A DNA stretch of 64,000 nt. It comes from an uncultured Gammaproteobacteria bacterium (lineage in GTDB: Bacteria > Patescibacteriota > Microgenomatia > Levybacterales > UBA12049). The notes under the pieces were generated by a model, which saw nothing but the letters and a program-made list of their open reading frames with translations, searched no databases and was not told the origin of the DNA. A program made the translations under genes and the position numbers. Positions 1-9,204 of this stretch are shown here, piece after piece; position 1 is the stretch's first letter, and the number at the start of each line of letters is the position of its first letter. The stretch spans positions 463,865 through 527,864 of the forward strand of contig CAZFRF010000001.1 in assembly GCA_964521295.1 (NCBI GenBank), written 5' to 3'.

Positions 1-807
1 ATCAACTAAATAACCTGCTCCTAAATTGCTTGGCACAGCAGTTCCCGAAGATCTAAAAATTACTGATTTAACTATACGAGGACTTTGCTCTGCAGACGCC
101 TCTATATCATATCTATAGTAATTTTCCCAACTTGTTCCAGTGTGCTTCAATACTCCATCTATCCACACCTTTACAACGTCATTTGATGGACCATCTAACA
201 TGTCCATCGTAAGCTTAATGGTATGAGGAACTGTTCTATCTAATCCAGCCCCAATTTGTGTTTCAACAAAATTTGCAGGGCTTGTTGTCCCTTGAACATC
301 ATCAAAGAAAACATCAATACCACTAGTTCCATCAACGAATCGAAGGTAGCTCATACGTGAACCATCACCCCTATCCGGAGATACCGACATGGCCAATCCT
401 GTTTGTTGAGAGCCTGGAATTGCAGATGCTAAATCAAATTGCATTTCAAAACTACTCTGAAGCGTTCCTCTTGAAAACGTACCATCTGTTGAATCAACCT
501 CTCCGACGGCATCAACTAATGATTTTGCAAAAGTTTGATCTCCAAAACAGCCACTAGTTACTGCATTTGAAATTCTCAAGGATTTACTTCCAAATGTTGT
601 AAATCCGTAAGTATTATCTACAACTGCATGATCATAAACTGCACATCCTGAACCGATTGATCCTAAACTAGACCAACCATCTTGACTATTCACTGTTCCA
701 TTACTAAATGATTCAAAATTTGAATTAATAGAATCAGCGTAAACAGGAGTTACTAAAATTAATAGAGCTAGAAAAACAGCCGAGAATAATGTAATTAATT
801 TTTTCAT
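1..807 (-). CDS. Secreted hypothetical protein, C-terminus outside window
   Basis: ATG at 807-805 preceded by GGAGGTG Shine-Dalgarno (820-814). N-terminus MKKLITLFSAVFLALLILVTPVYA is a signal peptide. The ORF runs off the 5' edge, which is why it is absent from the ORF track. Confidence 0.5.
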   Translation of the reverse strand, partial: MKKLITLFSAVFLALLILVTPVYADSINSNFESFSNGTVNSQDGWSSLGSIGSGCAVYDHAVVDNTYGFTTFGSKSLRISNAVTSGCFGDQTFAKSLVDAVGEVDSTDGTFSRGTLQSSFEMQFDLASAIPGSQQTGLAMSVSPDRGDGSRMSYLRFVDGTSGIDVFFDDVQGTTSPANFVETQIGAGLDRTVPHTIKLTMDMLDGPSNDVVKVWIDGVLKHTGTSWENYYRYDIEASAEQSPRIVKSVIFRSSGTAVPSNLGAGYLVD

Positions 808-935
808 TTATTTCACCTCCTTTCAGTTATAAATTATCATTGCTATCATTTATAATTTCTAGGAAAAATATTGAAAATTTTTGCATACTCTCTTTGTACA
901 TGTATCAAAAATAATTGTCAAATGTTAACTTTAAA

Positions 936-1559
936 TTATAGAGGAACTGCGGTAACGATAAGTCTTTTTTCGTCATAAAATCCCGTACAAGTATAGATTG
1001 TTAATATTTCATCTTTCGTTGGTTTAATTACTTCTATTTCATTTGGATAAACTGTAGTAATTTTATTAACTTTATATCTAAACCACTTTTCTTTTGTAAA
1101 AAGATAAATTACTTCTCCTATCTTTGTGTCTTTTAAGTTATAAAATAAACCTTTCCTTGCATGTGCGAAAATAACAGTATTTGATTTACTTTGGGGATGG
1201 CCACTTCCCAAGCCATAAGATGCACTAGTATCTGAAGTTTCCCAATATCCATTTACAATTTCCGCAGGTACAACTTTTAAGTCAATCTCGCTGTTGGGAA
1301 TTAGAATCCTAACTGGAATATTTTGATTAACTTTTGAATCTAAAAGTTTTGAATTAATAACAATCGGATTATTACCAGCTGGTTTTGCTACCGGGAATTT
1401 CCAAACTAAAACTAGCATTGCCAAAAATATACAAAGAATTCCAATTACTCTATTAATTAATAATTTATTAAGAAAAGTTTTTTTAACCTGTTTCTGCTTA
1501 GGGGAGTTAGAGGATTTGTTTTTTACCTTAGGCATTTTTTTTGAAAAATTTAAATCCAA
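936..1559 (-). CDS. Sortase-family transpeptidase (membrane-anchored)
   Basis: N-terminal TM anchor. Catalytic triad motifs: His in VIFAHAR, Cys in LTIYTCTG (TLxTC), Arg in RLIVTA. Track start is TTG; an ATG at 1535 (MPKVK) is the alternative. Overlaps the upstream surface-protein gene. Confidence 0.75.
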   Translation of the reverse strand: MDLNFSKKMPKVKNKSSNSPKQKQVKKTFLNKLLINRVIGILCIFLAMLVLVWKFPVAKPAGNNPIVINSKLLDSKVNQNIPVRILIPNSEIDLKVVPAEIVNGYWETSDTSASYGLGSGHPQSKSNTVIFAHARKGLFYNLKDTKIGEVIYLFTKEKWFRYKVNKITTVYPNEIEVIKPTKDEILTIYTCTGFYDEKRLIVTAVPL

Positions 1560-1995
1560 CTATACTTAAAACTAGCGCTAAGACTAATTGCCCAAATTGA
1601 ACTATTGGGTTAATGTCTGAGCTCGTAGAAGATAATCCCAAAACAGCTTGAATAGGTGAGCTTGACTTATCATCTGATTTCCCACTACCAGAGTCTCCTC
1701 CGCCCTGTGGTTGATTTGTTGGAGTAGGTGTTAATTTTTCTGTTGGTGTAGGACTAACTTCTGTAACAGGAGTAGGAGTTACGGTAACTGTTGATGTTGG
1801 CGTTGGAGTAACCTGACTAGTAGTTGGCGTTGGAGTACAATCACAATTTTTAATATTTATATTAACTTGTGTTTCAACAACGTTTTCAGCTTTTGAATCA
1901 CCAGTGGTTGTTGCTAAAGAAAATGTTTGGCTTGATATCGATACCAAAATAACAATAGTTGAAACAAAAACAATAGATTGAAAAATTTTATTCAT
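1528..1995 (-). CDS. Thr/Pro-rich cell-surface protein, putative sortase substrate
   Basis: Signal peptide, TPTPT linker, Gly/Ser-rich stalk. C-terminus is INP + hydrophobic helix + KFFKKNA basic tail, a sorting-signal-like architecture. Overlaps the sortase gene start by 8-32 nt. Confidence 0.5.
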   Translation of the reverse strand: MNKIFQSIVFVSTIVILVSISSQTFSLATTTGDSKAENVVETQVNINIKNCDCTPTPTTSQVTPTPTSTVTVTPTPVTEVSPTPTEKLTPTPTNQPQGGGDSGSGKSDDKSSSPIQAVLGLSSTSSDINPIVQFGQLVLALVLSIVGFKFFKKNA

Positions 1996-2183
1996 GTAAT
2001 TAGGAGGCAGTATCAGGCAGTGGTCATGAAATTATATTGTAGAGAATTTATGTTGTCAATAAGCTATTCACAATCTTATTGAGAATTAACTAATTTTTAC
2101 TATAAAATAAATCAATATTAAACCCCAGAAATATTTACCTTATCCGTATAATTGCAAATTTACCTTTTGAAAATCAGGTAAAA

Positions 2184-3497
2184 TTAATTACAGACTGAAG
2201 CTGGATAATAATTATTCGCCTTAGATCCAAAAACTTCTTTTGATCCATTTTCTGTCATATTGTTTCCACATATTTTACCTTGAGGTTCTGTCTCTATTTT
2301 TAAACCGCCAGCTTGATTTTGTTTAAATGTATTGTTATATACATTATTATCTAAACCATATACAGTACCACCTACTGTATGCCCCCCAAGCCTTATTCCA
2401 GCTCCCTTATTACCAAATGTAAGATTATATCTAAATGTATTTTTATCTCCTCTTGCGTCTAATCCGCCCGATTCAGGATCCATCTGACCAGTACATGAAT
2501 TATATTCAACAATATTTTCACTTGATCCCTCTTTTATATCAACGCATTCATTTCCTTGAGTATTAATAGTATTGTGGTGAATATAATTTTTAGTTGATTT
2601 ATCTGGCCCACTTGTAGGATTCTTACCATCGTCCCATTGATCAGCAGCAGTACCTAAATAAATTGCCTCTCCATTTTTATTGTCACTTTTAAACTTGAAG
2701 TCAAAAGCTCCACAGGGACCAATTGTATTATAAGAAATTTCATTACCTAATGCGTAATATCTCAGTCTAACACATTCTCCGCCAGCATTCTTAATCAACA
2801 TCTTTGTTATTTTTAAATTACTGACACCGCTATATTCCTTTTTACCTAAAACATATATAAGCTTATCTCTATAGCTTTTCTCATCTTTTGGATCGCCTAT
2901 CAAACCATCTACAGTAAATCCTTCGAGATTAATATTGCTATGATTTATTTCGATTACACGTTGGGTCCCTGCACCTTTTACTATTGCCTGCCTTCCCCCT
3001 CTTAAGGTTATTGGCGCATCTTTTAAACCATCCCTAACTGAAATAACATCTTGAAAATATACTCCATCTAAAAGGTTTACAACATCAGAAGGATTTGCCA
3101 GTATTAATGCTCTCTGAATTGTTTTTAGCGGAAGATCTTTACTTAAACCATTGTTTTCATCATTTCCTTTATTTGGATCGACAAAATAATTTATACCAAC
3201 TTTTTGCTGATTTTTTCCTTCACTATTTAAATCCTGAGCTGGAGATAACGATTCTTCATTCCCAACAACCTTTTCCTCATTTTGATTTTTTGATGCATTA
3301 TTTTTACTAAGTAATGAAAAAACAATTGAAATTGAAAGTATAAAAATAATTACTAAGGAAAATATTTTTATCATTGGCATTTGCATAGGACTAACTATTA
3401 TTTTTTTCTTTTTTGCATTTTTTACAACTTTAGACCTAGATTTTTTTCTACGCATTTTTATTATTAGAGTATAAACTGGGATTACAAGAAGTGTCAA
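2184..3497 (-). CDS. Membrane-anchored secreted right-handed beta-helix (PbH1/pectin-lyase-fold) protein
   Basis: Basic N-terminus plus TM. Repeated N-x-I/V-x-N-N beta-helix rungs (NNVYNNTFKQNQAGGLKIE, GNKGAGIRLGG). Confidence 0.5.
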   Translation of the reverse strand: MTLLVIPVYTLIIKMRRKKSRSKVVKNAKKKKIIVSPMQMPMIKIFSLVIIFILSISIVFSLLSKNNASKNQNEEKVVGNEESLSPAQDLNSEGKNQQKVGINYFVDPNKGNDENNGLSKDLPLKTIQRALILANPSDVVNLLDGVYFQDVISVRDGLKDAPITLRGGRQAIVKGAGTQRVIEINHSNINLEGFTVDGLIGDPKDEKSYRDKLIYVLGKKEYSGVSNLKITKMLIKNAGGECVRLRYYALGNEISYNTIGPCGAFDFKFKSDNKNGEAIYLGTAADQWDDGKNPTSGPDKSTKNYIHHNTINTQGNECVDIKEGSSENIVEYNSCTGQMDPESGGLDARGDKNTFRYNLTFGNKGAGIRLGGHTVGGTVYGLDNNVYNNTFKQNQAGGLKIETEPQGKICGNNMTENGSKEVFGSKANNYYPASVCN

Positions 3498-3510
3498 CAG
3501 AAAATATATT

Positions 3511-4422
3511 TTATAATATATTTTTTACTTCGTAGGAGAACTCATTCAAACCAAGTCTTTTAACAAATACATCGTTTACATCGATTGCAGTTTTAAGAAG
3601 TGCTGCGTCAAAACCTTTTTCTGTTGCCCAATTATAAAATGCTCTAGTATCTTTTGGAAGACAACTTCCTTGGAAAGGACCCATATCTCTAATTCCATAT
3701 TTTGGATTCCACATTCCTTCACAACTGATTGCTGTATATTTGAATATTTTATCTGCATCAACATCAATCTTTCCTGCAATCTCTCTCATTTCATTGTAGA
3801 AACTAATTTTTACTGCATTAAATAAATTATGAACATATTTTTGCATTTCTGCTTCCATTAACTTACATCTGTTAATTGGACATTTAAACTTATCTTTATA
3901 AACAGCTTCTAAAATATCTCCTGATTTTTTATCATACTCCCCAATTAAAATTATCCACGCATTTAAAGTGTCATCGTATGAAGTTTCTTCTCTTAAATAT
4001 TCTGGATTCATACATGCACCAAAATCTACTCCAACTTTTTTACCAGAATATTTTTCTATTAATGGAATTACTAAATTTTCTGTAGTTCCTGGGGGAACAG
4101 TGCTTTTTACTACAACCAAATGATATTTATTTGTTTTTGCTAATCTTTTTCCTAAATCGGTTGCTGCTGACTCCATTGCTTCAAGATTAATTTTTCCCAT
4201 TTTTGTAGGAGTTGGAACCGTAAGCATGGAGATATCAAAATCATAATCTCCATCCATTAGCTCCCCTCTTTCATATGCGTCAAATCCTTCTTCTCTTAGT
4301 TTCTCTATTTTTTTAATATTTCCACCTAAGAATGCAACCTTATACCCCTTAGCTGCGAAAACTTTTCCGGTTGCTTGACCGACTACTCCTGGACCAATAA
4401 TACAAATTTTAGGATTATTCAT
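3511..4422 (-). CDS. UDP-glucose/GDP-mannose dehydrogenase-family protein, short form lacking the C-terminal nucleotide-sugar-binding domain
   Basis: N-terminal Rossmann motif IIGPGVVGQATG. Catalytic Cys motif GSCLPKDT aligns with GGSCFPKD of the full-length ugd at 37497-38789. Length is 303 aa versus 430 aa. Confidence 0.6.
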   Translation of the reverse strand: MNNPKICIIGPGVVGQATGKVFAAKGYKVAFLGGNIKKIEKLREEGFDAYERGELMDGDYDFDISMLTVPTPTKMGKINLEAMESAATDLGKRLAKTNKYHLVVVKSTVPPGTTENLVIPLIEKYSGKKVGVDFGACMNPEYLREETSYDDTLNAWIILIGEYDKKSGDILEAVYKDKFKCPINRCKLMEAEMQKYVHNLFNAVKISFYNEMREIAGKIDVDADKIFKYTAISCEGMWNPKYGIRDMGPFQGSCLPKDTRAFYNWATEKGFDAALLKTAIDVNDVFVKRLGLNEFSYEVKNIL

Positions 4423-4545
4423 TTTTTATTGAAACTTAACCTTTATTCTTAGTAGATCTTTTCGGGGCAGAAAGATTTAAGTTTTACTATTGTAAATTGT
4501 TTATTTAAAAAAAACAATAGGTAATTTAAGTAAATTTGAACAGTT

Positions 4546-7449
4546 TTAATTTACTTGATCTATCATTCCCATTACATCTTTTCTATTTCTATATAATTCA
4601 TTAGTGCCTAAAATATTACTTACATCTGTGGTTACTTTTGTATAAATTCCATAAATCTTACTTTGTTTTATTTGATTTTGAGCAAGCTTATTATTTAAAG
4701 CATTTTCTTGGAAATATATTCCAACTCCATTATTAAATAAAATATTTTTACTAATTTCGTTTAAATCAGATTTTATATAAACACCAACTTTATTTCCTTC
4801 AAATGAGTTATTGGCAATTAAATTACTATTTGCTTTATCATAAAAATATATACCATATAATTGACTACCGTTAATATCATTATCTTTAATAAGATTCTTA
4901 TTCGAGCTAACATTTGCCCTAACACCATGTCTATTATTTTGAATTGTATTATTGGAAACTATATTATTACTTGACCTCCAAAGAGCGACTCCGCTAACAT
5001 TACCCCTTATAACATTATTTTCTATGACATTATAATCAGATGTCTCATGGAGCATTATTCCATGTAATTTATTGTTATAAGAAATATTATCTCTAATGGT
5101 GTTGTACATACATCTTTTTGAAAAAATAATTCCATGCGTTCCATTATCATGAGCTATATTTTTTTCTACTATAAAACCGTTAGAATCATCATGTGGATCT
5201 AGTCCATATCTTGTGTTCTCGTAAAACTCATTGCCTCTCCAGATCATTCCAGTTGCTCCGTAGGTAAATGCACCGAAATAATTATGGTGGAATTTACTAT
5301 TAACAACTTCTCCAGTTAAAAGATGATTCTTAAGTTTTAAACTCGATAATTTCCACGATATTCCATATGGGGAAACCGCAATATCAGATGCTGTTGGATA
5401 TCCAAGATAAGAAATTTCTGAATCAAATAAATCCATTCTTGCATTATCCTTTACCATAATAAAACTTCTGCCATCTTTTAGTTCTTTATCGTAATCGTTT
5501 TTCGAACTATCCCATGAAGTAATTTTTACACCATTAATAATTATGTCGCCATTTCTACTTCTAAGCATTGCAAAGCCGTCTTTATTACTTTCAAGCTTTA
5601 ACCATTTAACTTCACTTTTATCTAACTTAAGAGTTACACCATCTGCTAGGAAAATTGTTGCTTTAGAAAGATATGTATAGGGCTCAAGTTCTAAAATATA
5701 GTCTTTTCCTGCACGTGAAATAATATCTTTTAGGGTAACAACCTTTCCTCTTCCTGTTACTAAAAGTGTATTTGTTTTACTATCATATGTAACAGCAATT
5801 CCTCCATCATCCCTAAACGGCCTAACTAAACTAAATTCGGAAATTAACTCAAGATCTTTTCCGGGAATAGAAATAATCTGCCCTTTCGTAATTTGTCTAT
5901 TTGGTGCCTTTGCCATATTTGCATAATAGAGTTGCTCACTGTTAACACCAAACTTGTTCGCTATTTGATCCAAAGATTCATCATTTAATACTTCATATCT
6001 TTTTGACAAAAGATCTTTCTGTACTGAACCCGTTCCCAATACGCTTACTGAAGCAATTTTTTTTGTATCATTAGGCAAAGCTTGGGACAATATTTGCATT
6101 TTTTGTTGATTTGGTAGTAAATATGTATATTGTTTATATAAATAAACACCATATGCTAAAAACAAAACTATAGTAAAAGTTGCTAGATATGGAGGAAGTG
6201 AATTAATAAATTTCATATGTGGAAGCCTCGATTTATCCCATCTTGTAATCCAGCCCTGTGTATTTAAAGTGAAAAATGCATATATCTTTACCAAACCAGT
6301 AAAGAAGGAATATAAAACATAACCAGGTAGGATATAAATATTTTTTGGATTCTTTGATAAATAAGGATGAATCTTAATCGCCCTACTTACAAACCACCAG
6401 CAAAAGATTATTGCTGCAGCAACATAAGATCCAAGATAAATCGAAACAAAGAAATATATTGGACTTAAAATGACTACAAATGATTGCAAGAATTTATCAA
6501 TTTGAAAAAACAGTAATGCAGGATGTTTCAATGGCCAACCATTTAATATGGCTCCAAGATCAGCTCTTAACCCATTTCTTGTCCATCTGAGTCTTTGCTT
6601 AAGATATGCTCTTAAACTCTCCATCCCAGGAGTATAAACATGAGAATTACTTTGAAAAGCAACCTTATAACCTGCTGCTAAAACTAAATATGTTAACCTC
6701 TTATCATCACCTGAGATAACTGGTCTACCTAAAAACTTTTCGTTTACTAAATCGTCAAGCATTGGTGTTATTATTTCTCTTTTATAAAATGCGGTTCTTC
6801 CCGAAAGACAGACTAATGCATCTCCACATGCTGCTAAGAATGGGTACTCATGCTTGTACCTTAAATCAAGTTGGATATCAAATATTTTCTGTGCAAATGT
6901 TTTAGGATTTAATACGTTTTGATATGTTGCTACTCCTCCCATTTTTTTATCGTTAAAGGGCGGAAGTCCATTTTCTAAAGTATCTTTTACCCAAATAGTA
7001 TCACTATCTACTAAAGCAACAATCTCACTCTTTGCAACTTTTATTCCATCTACTAAAGCCTGCCTTTTCCCTGGAACTTTAGTAATAATTAATTTTGCAC
7101 CAGGAAAAGTTTTCTTAAACTTCTCGAAAATCTTAATACAAATTTTATCTGTATAATCAATTACTGCAATTATTTCATCTGGCTTATTTCTTTTCCAAGA
7201 TTCTAGAGCTTGTGTAAATACTTTTGGATTTTCATTATATACTGGAGTAATTATAGAAACTTTTGCTTTATAAGATTTTGTTTTGGGATGATAATGAAGC
7301 CCAACTATTTCTTTCATCATCCAAATAGACCATCGCCAAATACCGATTATTCCAAGCGGTACTAAGAATGAATATCTGTCTAAATATTGTTGCGAATAAA
7401 ATGATAAATCTCCAATGAATAATTGAAAGTTCAAAATAAACGATTCCAT
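4546..7449 (-). CDS. Processive GT2 polysaccharide synthase (NodC/chitin/hyaluronan-synthase-like) fused to a LysM motif and a C-terminal PbH1 beta-helix domain
   Basis: GT2 motifs DSDT, SGDDKRLT (GEDRxLT-like), QRLRWTRN (QxxRW), followed by multiple TM helices. LysM-like segment: YEVLNDESLDQIANKFGVNSEQLYYANM...ITKGQIISIPG. C-terminal repeats NNVIRGN / NNTIQNN / IKDNDINGS are typical of parallel beta-helix. Confidence 0.7.
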   Translation of the reverse strand: MESFILNFQLFIGDLSFYSQQYLDRYSFLVPLGIIGIWRWSIWMMKEIVGLHYHPKTKSYKAKVSIITPVYNENPKVFTQALESWKRNKPDEIIAVIDYTDKICIKIFEKFKKTFPGAKLIITKVPGKRQALVDGIKVAKSEIVALVDSDTIWVKDTLENGLPPFNDKKMGGVATYQNVLNPKTFAQKIFDIQLDLRYKHEYPFLAACGDALVCLSGRTAFYKREIITPMLDDLVNEKFLGRPVISGDDKRLTYLVLAAGYKVAFQSNSHVYTPGMESLRAYLKQRLRWTRNGLRADLGAILNGWPLKHPALLFFQIDKFLQSFVVILSPIYFFVSIYLGSYVAAAIIFCWWFVSRAIKIHPYLSKNPKNIYILPGYVLYSFFTGLVKIYAFFTLNTQGWITRWDKSRLPHMKFINSLPPYLATFTIVLFLAYGVYLYKQYTYLLPNQQKMQILSQALPNDTKKIASVSVLGTGSVQKDLLSKRYEVLNDESLDQIANKFGVNSEQLYYANMAKAPNRQITKGQIISIPGKDLELISEFSLVRPFRDDGGIAVTYDSKTNTLLVTGRGKVVTLKDIISRAGKDYILELEPYTYLSKATIFLADGVTLKLDKSEVKWLKLESNKDGFAMLRSRNGDIIINGVKITSWDSSKNDYDKELKDGRSFIMVKDNARMDLFDSEISYLGYPTASDIAVSPYGISWKLSSLKLKNHLLTGEVVNSKFHHNYFGAFTYGATGMIWRGNEFYENTRYGLDPHDDSNGFIVEKNIAHDNGTHGIIFSKRCMYNTIRDNISYNNKLHGIMLHETSDYNVIENNVIRGNVSGVALWRSSNNIVSNNTIQNNRHGVRANVSSNKNLIKDNDINGSQLYGIYFYDKANSNLIANNSFEGNKVGVYIKSDLNEISKNILFNNGVGIYFQENALNNKLAQNQIKQSKIYGIYTKVTTDVSNILGTNELYRNRKDVMGMIDQVN

Positions 7450-7451
7450 AA

Positions 7452-8327
7452 TTAATTTTTCTTTCCTTTCTTAATTTTTTTCATGACACTATTTTTTACT
7501 TCAGTATTTTTATTCTTATTTATAAATTTTCCTATAAATGAAAAATTTATATATTTATTTTTATAAATAATGATAAATGCCATAAATAAAATGACATTTA
7601 ATTGAGGAAAATATTCACACCAAAAATTATCATTTGGACATGAACCGTTTATCCTTTTAAAAATTATGAATATCATTAAGGGTATTAATACTGAATAAAT
7701 TTTTTTCAATTTAACATATCTATTAGAAAAATAAAAAAAACTAATCAATAAAAGTAATTCGATTCCAAGCATTTTTAAACCAACGCAACTTGTGCAACTT
7801 AATGATTGACCTTCAATTGTTGTTAATGGCGCTGGCGGGGGCGCTTTATCATCATCACTATTATTTATTTCTCCTGAGTCTGTTGCGCCCTCAACAGCTT
7901 TATATATCGATAAGTTTGGCTGCCTTGAAGTTGTAATACCATTTGGATATCCAGCAATAGCTGAAAGTTTATTGGAAAATTTTCCAGGCTTACAACCGTT
8001 TTCTCCACGTACTTTAAAATAATACTTAACTCCATTTGTTAATTCATTAACAGTATAAGTAGTGGTACCTTTTGGTCCAACGTTTGGATTTCCAAACTCA
8101 ACATCTAATTCATTTCTAGAATACGCAACCAAATAATGCGTTACAGGATCCGATGCTTCTTGCCATGTCAAAACTACACTTCTATCTTTTGCTTCTGCAG
8201 ACAAAAGAACAGGTGGTGTAAATGGTCTTTCATTTTTACAACTAACCGCATATCCTTTATTTATAGATGAAGACCCCAATAAAAAACAAAAAAGTAGTAT
8301 AACTACTACAAATATTTTTCCCGCCAT
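7452..8327 (-). CDS. Membrane protein with fibronectin type III-like domain
   Basis: Signal peptide. FN3-like block (LTWQEASDPVTHYLVAY...YYFKVRGENGC). Pro-rich linker. C-terminal hydrophobic helices with a Lys-rich tail. Confidence 0.4.
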   Translation of the reverse strand: MAGKIFVVVILLFCFLLGSSSINKGYAVSCKNERPFTPPVLLSAEAKDRSVVLTWQEASDPVTHYLVAYSRNELDVEFGNPNVGPKGTTTYTVNELTNGVKYYFKVRGENGCKPGKFSNKLSAIAGYPNGITTSRQPNLSIYKAVEGATDSGEINNSDDDKAPPPAPLTTIEGQSLSCTSCVGLKMLGIELLLLISFFYFSNRYVKLKKIYSVLIPLMIFIIFKRINGSCPNDNFWCEYFPQLNVILFMAFIIIYKNKYINFSFIGKFINKNKNTEVKNSVMKKIKKGKKN

Positions 8328-8819
8328 ATTTTTAATATGGCAAATTGTAACATAAAAATTTAAAAAAGTCTTGAGTTAATTTTACTAATATTTCCATTTT
8401 CCCAACGATCGAGAAATTTTGAATATATTTCTAAACAAAATAAATATAAATATTACTATTTAAAAAAATTGTCTTACTAATCTCTTACTCATAAATATGT
8501 GTTTTAAAATAAATAAATTTTATATTTAATACATGAAATATTTAGTTGCTTGGATACTAGGAGTCCCAGTTGGGGTGTTGGTTATTATTTGGATTATCAC
8601 GCAAATAATATAATTTATGAAAATTACATTATTTAACAAAAAATCTTCTCAGAAAATATATTTAGATGAAAATCAAAAAAAATTAATTCTTTTTACAAGA
8701 TTTCAAATTAAAAAATTACAAGAAAAAGGCCTTAAAATTCCCATTACCTTCTTATAATCTTTACACAATTATTACATTTTCTTCATATTGTTTTTCAAAA
8801 TAAGAGTTATAAATAAATT

Positions 8820-9158
8820 ATGAATTTTAACGCAGGCAGAATTTTGCTTTTTTTTGTAAACTTTGTATTTGGACTTATTGAAATAATAATTGGTTTTAGA
8901 ATTTTACTTCTTATGTTAGGTGCAAACCCTAATACCCCAGTTGTGAGCTGGATATACTCAGTAAGCGCAAATCTTTTATATCCATTTCAAAATATTTTTC
9001 CTTCTCCAGTATTAGGAAAAGGTTTTGTTTTAGATATGTCCGCCCTAGTTGGTTTATTAATTTACGCTGTAATAAGTTATTTAATTACTGAATTAATTAA
9101 ATTTATAAGTTATACTTCAAACAATTATTATGTATCAGATAAAAGAAAACATGAATAA
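8820..9158 (+). CDS. YggT-family small membrane protein (putative)
   Basis: 112 aa, 3-4 TM helices. FVLDMSALVGLLIY resembles the YggT repeat. Confidence 0.4.
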   Translation: MNFNAGRILLFFVNFVFGLIEIIIGFRILLLMLGANPNTPVVSWIYSVSANLLYPFQNIFPSPVLGKGFVLDMSALVGLLIYAVISYLITELIKFISYTSNNYYVSDKRKHE

Positions 9159-9204
9159 TTTAAGGTAAATTGCCGAGTTTTCTGTTAACTGTTAAAATTT
9201 AAAA

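Noticed and set aside
357-557. 66-aa plus-strand ORF
   Set aside because: Lies antisense inside the well-supported secreted-protein gene (<1-807, Shine-Dalgarno plus signal peptide). No start context.
3095-3779. Small ORFs 3095-3310(+) and 3576-3779(-) from the track
   Set aside because: Embedded in or antisense to the beta-helix and Ugd-family genes. Low-complexity translations typical of AT-rich antisense frames.
4423-4545. Possible structured RNA or terminator in the 120-bp spacer downstream of the synthase gene
   Set aside because: Only a weak 6-bp imperfect hairpin (ATCTTT/AAAGAT) without a U-tract. No support for an ncRNA.
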